Shown here: in pieces, positions 30,934 through 41,549 of the stretch
Position numbering within the stretch: position 1 is the stretch's first letter
Layout: each line of letters starts with the position of its first letter
Origin: Planctomycetota bacterium
Lineage (GTDB): Bacteria; Planctomycetota; UBA1135; UBA2386
DNA length: 64,000 bases
Reading direction: 5' to 3'
NCBI GenBank assembly: GCA_965223545.1
Contig: OZ245006.1
Span: forward strand, 672,001 to 736,000
The notes under the pieces: model-generated
Told to the model about the DNA's origin: nothing
What the model saw: only the letters and a program-made list of their open reading frames with translations
The model's database searches: none
Translations under genes and position numbers: made by a program

Positions 30934-32946
30934 TCAGCCTCCGGCGCCGCCGACCGCGGGATTCGACGGCGGCGCGCCGGCTCCCGCCGACGGCGGACTG
31001 CTGCCGAGGACCCCGCCCAGCACGGCGACCACCGCCTCGACCCCGTAGAACCCGTAGATCCACTGCACGCCGTCGGTGAAGCCATAGCTGTGCAGACCGA
31101 CCCCGAGCCGGTTGACGTGCCACCACGAGAACACGATCACGGCGGTGCCGATCACGCTCGCGACGCAGACGCCGAGATCCCGCAAGAAGCCCCCCATGCG
31201 GCCGTGCAGGATGGCGATCTGCCAGAGGCAGATCATCAGCGCGCCGTTCTCCTTGGGGTCCCAACCCCAGAACCGACCCCAGCTGTAGTTGGCCCAGATG
31301 CCCCCCAGGATCGTCCCCACCACCGAGAACAGCAGGCTGAAGCACAGCGTCCCGTACACCATCCGCGCCAGGTTGCGGTAGAACGCCCGGTCCTCCCGGC
31401 GGAACCGAAACACCCGGCCCAGCACGTACACGTGGCCGATGACCCCGGCGAGGATCCCGGCACCGTAGCCGGTGGTGATGGCAGTGACGTGGGTCGCCAG
31501 CCAGAAGTTGGTGTCCAGCACCGCCAAGACCCGTCCCATCGTGTCCTGGGCTTCGCCCAGCTCGTGGCGCCCGGCGAAGAACAGACCTACGACGCCGATC
31601 ACGGTGGCGAGGATCAAACCGACGCGCTTGCGGTTGATCCACTCGGTGGCCAGCGCGAGCAACACACCGACCGCCGTGACGAACAGGATCGTGTCGTACA
31701 GATTGACGATCGGCGGGCGCCCCCGCAGGACGCAGCGCCAGACGATGCCGGCGACGAGCAGGGTCAATGCCCCGGCAGTGGCCGCGGCAGCCCCCCGCCA
31801 CATGATGCTCCGCAGCGGGCCGAGCAACGAGGCGCCGACCAACAGGAACGAGAGCACGAAGACGCACAGGCTCCAGAAGAAGAGGTCGGCGCGGTAGTAG
31901 CTGACCTCTTGCTCGATCTTCGCGTACTCCCCCCGCGGGGTCGCCATCCCCGCCACTGCGGAGTGCAGCATCCGCGCCGCGTTGGCCGTGCGCTCGCTCT
32001 CTCCCAAACCGTCGATCAGCTGCTCGAACGCGCGAAACACCGCCAAGTAGGCGTCGGGGTGCGGCTCGGCGCGCATCGCCCCCACCGCCGCCTCACCCAC
32101 CGTGCGCCACGCCGTCTCGGGCTCCGCCGACGGCAGCGGCGGCAGCACCGCCAGCGACAAGCCGTTGGCGGCGTAGCCCTCGAAGTTGCCGAGCAGCTGC
32201 TCGAGCGCGGCGCGCTCGGCATCGATGCGCTCCCGGTCGAACTCCGCCGGCAACTCCTGTCCGCGCAAAAACAGACCGTAGACCCGCCCCAACGCCGGCG
32301 CGTGCCGGTAGACCTCGCTGAAACGCACGCTCGACGCGTCGTCGAACATGCCGCGCAGCCCCTTTGACTCGGCAACCTTGTAGCTGCGGCGCGCGAACTC
32401 CAGCCCGTGCAGCAGGCTGTAGACCTCGACCACGTTGTGGTAGAGGTCCAGCGTCTGCCCGGTGATCCGATCCAGCGTCTTGCGCTCGGCGCGGCCGTGC
32501 CGGTCGAAGATCTTCTGCAGCGCTTCGCGTCCGGCGATCAGCTGCTCGAAGCTGTAGCGATCGCTCTTGCGGCCGGCGATCTCGCTGAGGCCGATCGCCT
32601 GCAGCACGTCCGAATCGCGCACCAGGAACACCGGGTAGTGCCGCGCCTGCTCGGGGTAGAACAGGCAGTCCAGCATCCATTCCGTGGGCGCCAGTCGCTC
32701 GTCACCGGTTGTCGCCGCCCGAGAATGCCCGTTGATCCGGACCAGGGTCCACTTGGCGTGGGTCGACAGCGGCATGATCCGACCGCCCACCTGCACCGGT
32801 AGCACTTCGAACTGAGCGACCGCATCCGCGGACCAAGCCGACGTGCGCGCCGCCGGCGGCACCGTCTGCGCCACCGCCGCAGACACCAGCGAAACGACCC
32901 AGAGCGCGGCGAGCAGGACACCGCTGCGAGCAGATCCGGACATCAT
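30934..32946 (-). CDS. ccsA: Cytochrome c biogenesis protein CcsA/ResC with large N-terminal periplasmic region
   Basis: LPVQVGGRIMPL, PIVNLYDT, FWLATHV, GGIWANYSWGRFWGWDPKE (WWD domain), GLHSYG. ATG overlaps the upstream stop. Confidence 0.9.
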   Translation of the reverse strand: MMSGSARSGVLLAALWVVSLVSAAVAQTVPPAARTSAWSADAVAQFEVLPVQVGGRIMPLSTHAKWTLVRINGHSRAATTGDERLAPTEWMLDCLFYPEQARHYPVFLVRDSDVLQAIGLSEIAGRKSDRYSFEQLIAGREALQKIFDRHGRAERKTLDRITGQTLDLYHNVVEVYSLLHGLEFARRSYKVAESKGLRGMFDDASSVRFSEVYRHAPALGRVYGLFLRGQELPAEFDRERIDAERAALEQLLGNFEGYAANGLSLAVLPPLPSAEPETAWRTVGEAAVGAMRAEPHPDAYLAVFRAFEQLIDGLGESERTANAARMLHSAVAGMATPRGEYAKIEQEVSYYRADLFFWSLCVFVLSFLLVGASLLGPLRSIMWRGAAAATAGALTLLVAGIVWRCVLRGRPPIVNLYDTILFVTAVGVLLALATEWINRKRVGLILATVIGVVGLFFAGRHELGEAQDTMGRVLAVLDTNFWLATHVTAITTGYGAGILAGVIGHVYVLGRVFRFRREDRAFYRNLARMVYGTLCFSLLFSVVGTILGGIWANYSWGRFWGWDPKENGALMICLWQIAILHGRMGGFLRDLGVCVASVIGTAVIVFSWWHVNRLGVGLHSYGFTDGVQWIYGFYGVEAVVAVLGGVLGSSPPSAGAGAPPSNPAVGGAGG

Positions 32947-34127
32947 GTGGTCCTCCGCTGTTCCGACTTGGCGTAGCGTCCGAGCTTGCTGCCGAAGTGC
33001 AGCAGCAGGCCGATCGCGATGATGATGCACGAGTAGAGCGGCCACTGGTCGGAGGGGTTGTAGACCACCGACAGGCCGGAGTAGAGCCGAGTGCCCGGCG
33101 GCGCATTCGACGGGCCGTAGGTGGCCTGGAAGATCGCGTAGTTGCCGTGGCGCAGCGGCTCGTTCATCCGGATGCGCACCGAGCGCACCTCGTCGGCGAG
33201 GCCGTGCGTCACCGTGCTCTCGTAGTTGGACGCCATCCGCGTGCGCGGGTGGAACTCGGCCTCGAAGTCGTCGAGCTGGAGCTCGAATGGCAGCTCGTAG
33301 CGCACGTGGCGCAGCTCGATGCCCCAGTCGGTATCACCGACGCGCACCACCCACGGCGCGGTCGCGGTCGAGGTCGGACCGCCGGGCCAACCCCAGAGAA
33401 CGGCCTCCCGACGGCTGCCGTCGGGCTCGATGACCGCGGCGTAGAGGCCGGCGATGTTGAGCTCCGCTTCGGTACGCGGCGGGAGCTCGTGCAGGTAGAT
33501 CCCATCGACCACCGCCACCGGCACGCGAAACATCGGCCCCTTGCGCCGTGGCTCGCAGTTGCGCTGGAAACCGCCCAGCTCGAGACCGAACGGCAACCCC
33601 TCGCCAGTGAACAGCTCGCGGCGCGGACCGATGAGGTCGGCGAACCGCGCCTGTGGGATCCGGCGTTCTTCCAAGTTGCCGTCGGGCAGCTGGCGGGTGA
33701 TCGCCACTTCCCAGTCGTAGGTGTTGGCGAAGTGCGCGGCGCGCTCGCCGGGGTACAGCGTCGTGTAGCCGTCGTGCGAGTAGGCGAACTTGACCAGCGC
33801 CGCCATCAACATCACCGCGATGCCGATGTGCGTGATCAGGATGCCCAGGGTGCGGCGGCTCTTGCGCATTCGCCATAGACCGCCAACAGCCAAATTGACC
33901 GCCAAGAGCCCCATCACCGGCACGCCGCCCGGCAACGGAATCACCACCGGACCCGCTTGGGCGAGCACGAACCAGGACTCGAAGTACTGCTTCTGCGCCG
34001 AGTAGAGGCCGTGCTCGACCTGGGCCAGGGTCCCCAGCCAAGTCAACACGAACAACAACAGCAAGAGCACGCAGCTCAAGCCGTACGAGGCCAGCAGGGC
34101 CGTGATCGAACGCAGGACGGCAGCCAT
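32943..34127 (-). CDS. Cytochrome c biogenesis ResB/CcsB-like protein
   Basis: LGTLAQ, ITHIGI (TM His), LPFELQLDDF, SNYES, IRMNEPL..G.Y.IFQ. Adjacent to ccsA. Confidence 0.85.
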   Translation of the reverse strand: MAAVLRSITALLASYGLSCVLLLLLFVLTWLGTLAQVEHGLYSAQKQYFESWFVLAQAGPVVIPLPGGVPVMGLLAVNLAVGGLWRMRKSRRTLGILITHIGIAVMLMAALVKFAYSHDGYTTLYPGERAAHFANTYDWEVAITRQLPDGNLEERRIPQARFADLIGPRRELFTGEGLPFGLELGGFQRNCEPRRKGPMFRVPVAVVDGIYLHELPPRTEAELNIAGLYAAVIEPDGSRREAVLWGWPGGPTSTATAPWVVRVGDTDWGIELRHVRYELPFELQLDDFEAEFHPRTRMASNYESTVTHGLADEVRSVRIRMNEPLRHGNYAIFQATYGPSNAPPGTRLYSGLSVVYNPSDQWPLYSCIIIAIGLLLHFGSKLGRYAKSEQRRTT

Positions 34128-34138
34128 ATCGGCAACTC

Positions 34139-35191
34139 CTACTGCGGGCTCCGCAGCGATCCACAGAAGGCCAAGAAGCCCTCCCGCTCATCCGCGAGTA
34201 CCGCGGCGGGACCGGTCATCTTGACGCACACCACCCAATCGGGCACCTCGGCGAACACGGCGAGCATCGCGTGCTCCTCGTGCCCCTTGCCGGCCATGTC
34301 GGTGTACGAGCCAGCCAGATCGACGAGGTGTCTCGTCTGACCGAGGAGCTCGATCGTCGGCAGCGCCGCCAGCCCCTCGGCCGGCATCTCGACCCCCATC
34401 TGCTCGTACCAGCGGACCACGTTCTCGTGCTCCGTGCCGCCCGCCGGCCGGCGGAACCGGAACAGCACACACTCGACGCCGAGGTCGCCGTTGGGGTGGA
34501 ACGTCGCCGCCCGCATCTCGGTGCGGCGGCCGGCGGTCCAGTGCTCCGGCGTCTCCCACGTCAGCTCGAGGTCACCACCTCCCGCCGCGTCGGCCGGCAG
34601 ACGCACCGACGCACAGAACGCATCGAACGCATCATCCTGGGGATCGAGGATGGCGCGCGGCCCGACCATCTTCACGGTGACGGCGTTGGCGCCGATCTCG
34701 AGGATCGCACCCACCATCCGGTAGTCCGGCTTGCCCTCACCACCGCCCATACCGGCGTAGCTGCCGTCCAAGGTGACGCGCACCGCCTGCCCGCCCAACA
34801 GCGGGATCCGCGGCAGTGCCTCGACGGCCTCCTCGTCGACCGGCTCGAGCCCCATCTGACCCCGCCAGCGATTGATGTTGTCGAGCGCCAGACCGCCGCG
34901 CACCAGCGACAAGAAGCACTCCGCGTCGGCGTCGCCGCCGACTCGGAAGTTCGCCATGCGCATACTGGTCGCCGGCAGGGGCTGCCAACCCTCGGGAGTG
35001 TCCCACTCCAGGCTGGGCGCGCCCGAGGCCGCGCTGCGCAGACCGAGGCGTTGGTCGGTGTCGATCGGCTGCAGGTCGCGCTGCGAAACCGGGGTGAACA
35101 CCGTCGGGGGATCGATCACTCGCTCGACGTCGCCGCGCACACAGCCACCGAGGAGGAGACACAAGCCGAGGGCGGGAGCGGTACGGGTCAT
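34139..35191 (-). CDS. Putative lipoprotein with two tandem homologous domains
   Basis: Lipobox-like LLGG-C. Repeats LEWDTPEGW..MRMANF..NINRWRGQMG and LTWETPEHW..MRAATF..NVVRWYEQMG. Confidence 0.75.
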   Translation of the reverse strand: MTRTAPALGLCLLLGGCVRGDVERVIDPPTVFTPVSQRDLQPIDTDQRLGLRSAASGAPSLEWDTPEGWQPLPATSMRMANFRVGGDADAECFLSLVRGGLALDNINRWRGQMGLEPVDEEAVEALPRIPLLGGQAVRVTLDGSYAGMGGGEGKPDYRMVGAILEIGANAVTVKMVGPRAILDPQDDAFDAFCASVRLPADAAGGGDLELTWETPEHWTAGRRTEMRAATFHPNGDLGVECVLFRFRRPAGGTEHENVVRWYEQMGVEMPAEGLAALPTIELLGQTRHLVDLAGSYTDMAGKGHEEHAMLAVFAEVPDWVVCVKMTGPAAVLADEREGFLAFCGSLRSPQ

Positions 35192-35342
35192 CTCATGCAG
35201 CCAATTCACGGGCGGGTCGCGGAACTTCACCTTGGACAACAACTCCCGGAACCGCATCCGCGACGGCGCGAGAAGGGCGTCCATCCACGACCACGGGCAG
35301 GCCGCCTCCCCCATACCTCTCGGCTCCCAGCGGGGGCCGCGA

Positions 35343-35573
35343 TCAGGGTTTGGCTTCTTGCTGCTGCGTCGCCGTGTGCGATCGCTCGATCTCGGCGCCC
35401 TGTTTGCCCGCCTCGAGCTTCTCGTTGTCGCCGCTGCGCAGTCCCTTCTTGAACTCGACGATGCCGCTGCCCAGCGAGCGCGCCATCGAGGGAATGCGGT
35501 GCCCGAACACCAGCAGCACGACGACCAGAATGATCACCCACTCGAAGCCGCTCGGGAAAACGAAAGCCGTCAT
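35343..35573 (-). CDS. tatA: Twin-arginine translocase TatA/E subunit
   Basis: EWVIILVVVLLVFG..IP..ARSLG.GIVEFKKG. Confidence 0.9.
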   Translation of the reverse strand: MTAFVFPSGFEWVIILVVVLLVFGHRIPSMARSLGSGIVEFKKGLRSGDNEKLEAGKQGAEIERSHTATQQQEAKP

Positions 35574-35659
35574 CTGTTTAGTTCCGCTCCACCACAATTA
35601 TTGGCCACGGCGGGGCGCGGCGCCACCCCGTGACCGGGATTCGGCCGATTCCCGGGGGG

Positions 35660-36133
35660 TCAGTCCGGCGGGGCGGCCTCCGCCCTCGACCGCCACCAAC
35701 GGCGCCATGCCACCGGATCGTCGCCGAGGTCCTCCCCGGTCAGGCGTTTAAGGTGCTGCACACAGGACCGCCGAACTTCGACATCGGCGCTGGCCAGGGC
35801 ACCGATCAGGATGGGCACCGCCGGATCCACGCCCGCCGGGGGCTTGCCTCCGGCCGCTCCGCTGGGAAGCCCCCCGGGTCCCGCCGCCGCTCCCCCGCGA
35901 TGGAACTCGCGGAACGCGCCGAGAACCTGTTTGAACGCGCCCTCCATCCGCTGGCGCTCGATCACCAGCAGCAGCACGTAGAGGCAGAGGAGGCCGATGA
36001 CGAACCGCGGCACCGCGTCGTCACCGAATCTGGCGGCGAAGCCGCCGGCGCCGGGGATCCAGCGCTCGAACCACACCAGCGCGGCGAGGGCCAACAGCGC
36101 GAACGGCGTCGCGCGACGGAGAAAGCGATCCAC
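35660..36133 (-). CDS. Membrane-anchored hypothetical protein with C-terminal HEAT-like domain
   Basis: Two TM helices, Gly/Pro linker, then AVPILIGAL...[26 protein letters not shown]. Starts 5 nt after the sucD stop. Confidence 0.65.
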   Translation of the reverse strand: MDRFLRRATPFALLALAALVWFERWIPGAGGFAARFGDDAVPRFVIGLLCLYVLLLVIERQRMEGAFKQVLGAFREFHRGGAAAGPGGLPSGAAGGKPPAGVDPAVPILIGALASADVEVRRSCVQHLKRLTGEDLGDDPVAWRRWWRSRAEAAPPD

Positions 36134-36138
36134 GGCGG

Positions 36139-37020
36139 TTACGCCAACACGTCGCGCATCGTCGCACCGAGCACGCTCGGCGTGTCGACGACGTGGACTT
36201 CGGCGCGCCGCAGCGCTGCCTGCTTGTCCGCCGCGGTGCCCTTGCCGCCGGAGATGATCGCGCCGGCGTGGCCCATGCGCTTGCCGGGGGGCGCGGTCGC
36301 GCCGGCGATGAACGACACCACCGGCTTGTCCACTTCGCTCTGGATGAACTCGGCGGCCTCTTCCTCGGCGGTGCCGCCGATCTCACCGATCATGATGATG
36401 CCCTCGGTCTGCGGGTCGGCCTCGAACATCTGCAGACAGTCGATGAAGTCGGTGCCGTTGATCGGATCGCCGCCGATGCCGACGCAGGTCGACTGCCCCA
36501 GCTCGACGCAGGTCAGCTGCCACACCGCCTCGTAGGTCAGCGTGCCGCTGCGGGAGACGACGCCGACGCGGCCCGGCCGGTGGATGTAGGCCGGCATGAT
36601 GCCGATCTTGCAGCCGCTGTCGGCCGTCGCCGGCGTGATGATGCCCGGGCAGTTGGGGCCGATCAGCCGCGCGCCGCTCTCCGCCAGGTAGCGCTTGACC
36701 CACGCCATGTCGAGCACCGGAATGCCCTCGGTGATGGCGACGATCAGCTTGATGCCCGCGTCGGCGGCCTCGCAGATGGCGTCGGCGCAGAACGCCGCCG
36801 GCACGTAGATCACCGACGCGGTGGCGCCGGTGGCCTCCACCGCCGCCGACACCGAGTCGAACACCGGGATGCCGTCGACCTCTTGGCCGCCCTTGCCCGG
36901 CGTGACCCCGCCGACCATCGCGGTGCCGTAGGCGACCGCGTTGAGAGAGTGGAACCGACCGGCATCGCCGGTGATGCCCTGACAAATGACCTTGGTGTCG
37001 GCGTCGATCAGGATACTCAC
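36139..37020 (-). CDS. sucD: Succinyl-CoA synthetase alpha subunit
   Basis: [39 protein letters not shown]. Confidence 0.97.
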   Translation of the reverse strand: MSILIDADTKVICQGITGDAGRFHSLNAVAYGTAMVGGVTPGKGGQEVDGIPVFDSVSAAVEATGATASVIYVPAAFCADAICEAADAGIKLIVAITEGIPVLDMAWVKRYLAESGARLIGPNCPGIITPATADSGCKIGIMPAYIHRPGRVGVVSRSGTLTYEAVWQLTCVELGQSTCVGIGGDPINGTDFIDCLQMFEADPQTEGIIMIGEIGGTAEEEAAEFIQSEVDKPVVSFIAGATAPPGKRMGHAGAIISGGKGTAADKQAALRRAEVHVVDTPSVLGATMRDVLA

Positions 37021-37030
37021 GAATCTGCTC

Positions 37031-38191
<1,161 letters not shown>

Positions 38192-38354
38192 GGCGGCGGG
38201 CAAGGTAGCAGCCGACAGGGCGAATACAATGCCGGGGGTCCGCGCCGCCCCTCGGGCAGCGGGCCTTTGGCCCCAGGGCGGCCCCGCACGGGATTTTGCG
38301 CGGCGCGCGGACGCGGTGGTGCGGCCGGTGCGGTGCTGTGGTTTGCTGTGCGGC

Positions 38355-39476
38355 ATGCAAGGCGACGGCATCCTCGTGTACCAGCAGATCCGCGCGCTGA
38401 TCGAGCGCGGCGCGCTGCGCAGCAACCCCGACATCGCCCCCGCTCAGGTGCAGCCGGCCAGCCTGGACCTGCGGCTGGCGACGCGCGGCTATCGCGTGCG
38501 CGCCGGCTTCCTGCCGCAGAACGCGCTGGTCGCCGACCGCCTGGAAGAGACCACGCTCTACACCTTCGACCTCACCGACGGCGCCGTCCTCGAGCGCGGC
38601 CACTGCTACGTGCTGCCGCTGCTGGAGCACATCGCCGAGCCGCTGCCGTATCACCTGCGCGCCAACCCGAAGTCGTCGACCGGCCGCGTCGATCTGTTCA
38701 CCCGGTTGTTGGCCGACCGCAACGGACGGTTCGAGGAGGTCCAACCCGGCTACCAGGGCCCGCTGTATCTGGAGGTGGTGCCGCGCTCGTTCCCGGTGCG
38801 GGTGCGGACCGGGCTGAGCCTGTGCCAGGTGCGCTTCTGCTCCGGCCGCTCGCACTTGAGCGACGAGGAGCTCGCCGCCGAGTACGAGCGCAGCCCGCTG
38901 CTGCTGCGCGACGATGGCACGCCGATCCCGCTGAGCGAGGCGCAGATCGACGGTGGTTTGTGCATGAGCGTGGCGATGCGGCGCGACGCCGATCTGGACG
39001 GCCCGATCGGCTTCGTCGCCCGCCGCTACACCCCGGTCATCGACATGAGCGAGGTCGAGGCCTACGACCCGGACCTGTTCTTCGAGCCGATCCACGAGGC
39101 ACGCAACGGCCACACGATCGTCGAGCCGGAGGAGTTCTACATCTTCGCCAGCAAGGAGCGCGTCGCGGTGCCCGCCCACCTGGCTGCGGAGATGAACTGC
39201 TACGACGTCGGCATCGGCGAGCTACGCACCAACTACGCCGGCTTCTTCGACAACGGCTTCGGCGGCCGCAACGGCACCCGCGCGGTGCTCGAGGTGCGCC
39301 CGCACGACGTGCCGTTCATGGTCGAGGACGGTCAGGTCTTCTTCAAGTTGCAGTTCTTCCGCGCCCTGGAGCAGCCCGAGGTCGTCTACGGCGACCAGCG
39401 TCTGCAGAGCCACTACCAGGGTCAGGGCCTCAAGCTGTCCAAGCACTTCCGCACCGTGCACCGAGAGCAGCCGTGA
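38355..39476 (+). CDS. dcd: dCTP deaminase, long two-domain form
   Basis: [56 protein letters not shown]. Confidence 0.88.
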   Translation: MQGDGILVYQQIRALIERGALRSNPDIAPAQVQPASLDLRLATRGYRVRAGFLPQNALVADRLEETTLYTFDLTDGAVLERGHCYVLPLLEHIAEPLPYHLRANPKSSTGRVDLFTRLLADRNGRFEEVQPGYQGPLYLEVVPRSFPVRVRTGLSLCQVRFCSGRSHLSDEELAAEYERSPLLLRDDGTPIPLSEAQIDGGLCMSVAMRRDADLDGPIGFVARRYTPVIDMSEVEAYDPDLFFEPIHEARNGHTIVEPEEFYIFASKERVAVPAHLAAEMNCYDVGIGELRTNYAGFFDNGFGGRNGTRAVLEVRPHDVPFMVEDGQVFFKLQFFRALEQPEVVYGDQRLQSHYQGQGLKLSKHFRTVHREQP

Positions 39477-39742
39477 GCACCGATCCGGCTGCCCGCGCGG
39501 CCTACTGGCGGGCCAACCTGCGCTGCGTCGCCATCCTCTTGTTGGTGTGGGCGCTGGTCAGCTACGGCTGCGGGATCGTCTTCGTCGAGCAGCTCAACGC
39601 GTTCCGCATCCCGGGCACCGGCTTCAAGCTGGGCTTCTGGTTCGCGCAGCAGGGCGCGATCTACGTGTTCGTCGGCGAGATCTTCGTCTACGCGTGGTGG
39701 ATGAACCGCCTCGACCGCCGGTTCGGCGTCGCCGAGGACTGA
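39473..39742 (+). CDS. DUF4212-type small membrane partner of a solute:sodium symporter
   Basis: YWRANL, GFKLGFWFAQQGAIYVFV, MNRLDRRFGV. GTG overlaps the dcd stop. Confidence 0.88.
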   Translation: MSTDPAARAAYWRANLRCVAILLLVWALVSYGCGIVFVEQLNAFRIPGTGFKLGFWFAQQGAIYVFVGEIFVYAWWMNRLDRRFGVAED

Positions 39743-39761
39743 AGGCCAAAGGACTGCTGTC

Positions 39762-41444
39762 TTGAGCACCCACGATTGGACCTTGCTCATCGTCGGCGCC
39801 ACGTTCGCCCTCTACGTCGGCGTCGCGCTCTGGGCCCGCGTCGCCTCCACCAAGGAGTTCTACGTCGCCGGCACCGGTGTGCCGCCGCTGGCCAACGGCA
39901 TGGCGACGGCCGCCGATTGGATGTCGGCGGCGTCGTTCTTGTCGATGGCCGGCTTGATCTCGTTCGCCGGCTACGACGGCTCGGTCTACCTGATGGGCTG
40001 GACGGGCGGCTACGTCCTCCTCGCCCTGTTGCTGGCGCCCTACCTGCGCAAGTTCGGCCGCTTCACCGTGCCCGAGTTCGTCGGCGACCGCTACGACTCC
40101 AGCGTCGCGCGCGTCGTCGCCGTGGTCTGCGCGATCTTCGTGTCGTTCACCTACGTCGCCGGCCAGATGCGCGGCGTCGGCATCGTCTTCAGCCGCTTCC
40201 TCGAGGTCGAGATCGACGTCGGCGTGATGATCGGCATGGCGATCGTCTTCCTCTACGCGGTGTTGGGCGGCATGAAGGGAATCACCTACACCCAGGTGGC
40301 CCAGTACTGCGTGCTGATCGCCGCCTACATGGTGCCGGCGATCTTCATCTCGATCATGATCGCCGACACGCCGATCCCGCAGCTCGGTTTCGGCGCCGCG
40401 GATCCGGCGACCGGAACCTGGCTGCTCGACAAGCTCGACGGCCTGCACGCCCAGCTCGGCTTCGCCTCCTACACCGACGGCAGCAAGTCGACCCTCGACG
40501 TGCTCTGCATCACCGCGGCGCTGATGATCGGCACCGCCGGCCTGCCGCACGTGATCGTGCGCTTCTACACCGTCCCCAAGGTGCGCGACGCGCGCACCTC
40601 GGCGGGCTGGGCGCTGCTGTTCATCGCGATCCTCTACACGACCGCGCCGGCAGTGGCGGTGTTCGCCCGGATCAATCTGATCGAGAGCGTCTCCGAGCAA
40701 CCCTACGCCGAGGCGCCGGCCTGGTTCTCGACCTGGGAGGAGACCGGGCTGATCGCGTTCGAAGACCACAACGACGACGGCGTGATCCAATACACCGGAC
40801 CCGCGGCCATCGACGCGGCTGGCCAGCCACTGGCCAACGAGCTCACGTTCGACAAGGACATCATGGTGCTCGCCAACCCCGAGATCGCAGCATTGCCGAC
40901 TTGGGTGATCGGCCTGGTCGCCGCCGGCGCACTCGCCGCCGCCCTGTCGACCGCCGCCGGCCTGCTGCTCGTGGTGTCGAGCGCGATCTCGCACGACCTG
41001 CTCAAGCGCACCCTCCGCCCACAGATCTCCGAACGCAACGAGCTGCGCGCCGCGCGCATCGCGGCCGCGGTCGCGGTGGTCATCGCCGGCTACCTCGGCA
41101 TCAACCCACCGGGCTACGTCGCGGAGGTCGTCGCCTTGGCCTTCGGTTTGGCGGCGTCGACCTTCTTCCCGGTGCTGGTGCTGGGCATCTTCACGGTGCG
41201 CCAAAACTGCTACGGAGCCATCGCCGGCATGCTCACCGGTTTGTTGTTCACCGGCGGCTACATCGTCTACTTCCGCTTCCTGGCGCCCGAGTCCAACGCA
41301 TGGTGGCTCGGCATCTCGCCCGAGGGCATCGGCGCTTTGGGCATGCTGGTGAATGGGGTGGTGTGTCTGGTGGTGTCGGCAGCGACGCCCGCGCCGCCGG
41401 CGCGTGTGCGGGCGTTGGTCGAGGACTTGCGCACGCCGCTGTAG
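39762..41444 (+). CDS. Sodium:solute symporter, ActP-like (cation/acetate)
   Basis: NGMATAADWMSAASF, GWTGGY, MKGITYTQVAQY, GTAGLPH, AAALSTAAGLL. Confidence 0.9.
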   Translation: MSTHDWTLLIVGATFALYVGVALWARVASTKEFYVAGTGVPPLANGMATAADWMSAASFLSMAGLISFAGYDGSVYLMGWTGGYVLLALLLAPYLRKFGRFTVPEFVGDRYDSSVARVVAVVCAIFVSFTYVAGQMRGVGIVFSRFLEVEIDVGVMIGMAIVFLYAVLGGMKGITYTQVAQYCVLIAAYMVPAIFISIMIADTPIPQLGFGAADPATGTWLLDKLDGLHAQLGFASYTDGSKSTLDVLCITAALMIGTAGLPHVIVRFYTVPKVRDARTSAGWALLFIAILYTTAPAVAVFARINLIESVSEQPYAEAPAWFSTWEETGLIAFEDHNDDGVIQYTGPAAIDAAGQPLANELTFDKDIMVLANPEIAALPTWVIGLVAAGALAAALSTAAGLLLVVSSAISHDLLKRTLRPQISERNELRAARIAAAVAVVIAGYLGINPPGYVAEVVALAFGLAASTFFPVLVLGIFTVRQNCYGAIAGMLTGLLFTGGYIVYFRFLAPESNAWWLGISPEGIGALGMLVNGVVCLVVSAATPAPPARVRALVEDLRTPL

Positions 41445-41549
41445 AGACCGTCTTCCAGCAGTCAGTGCCGGCGTCGCCGATCGCCGACTCGGTGACCCCC
41501 AACTCGACGCGCGCTATCATGCACCCACCCAAGCTGCTTGCCTCGCGTC

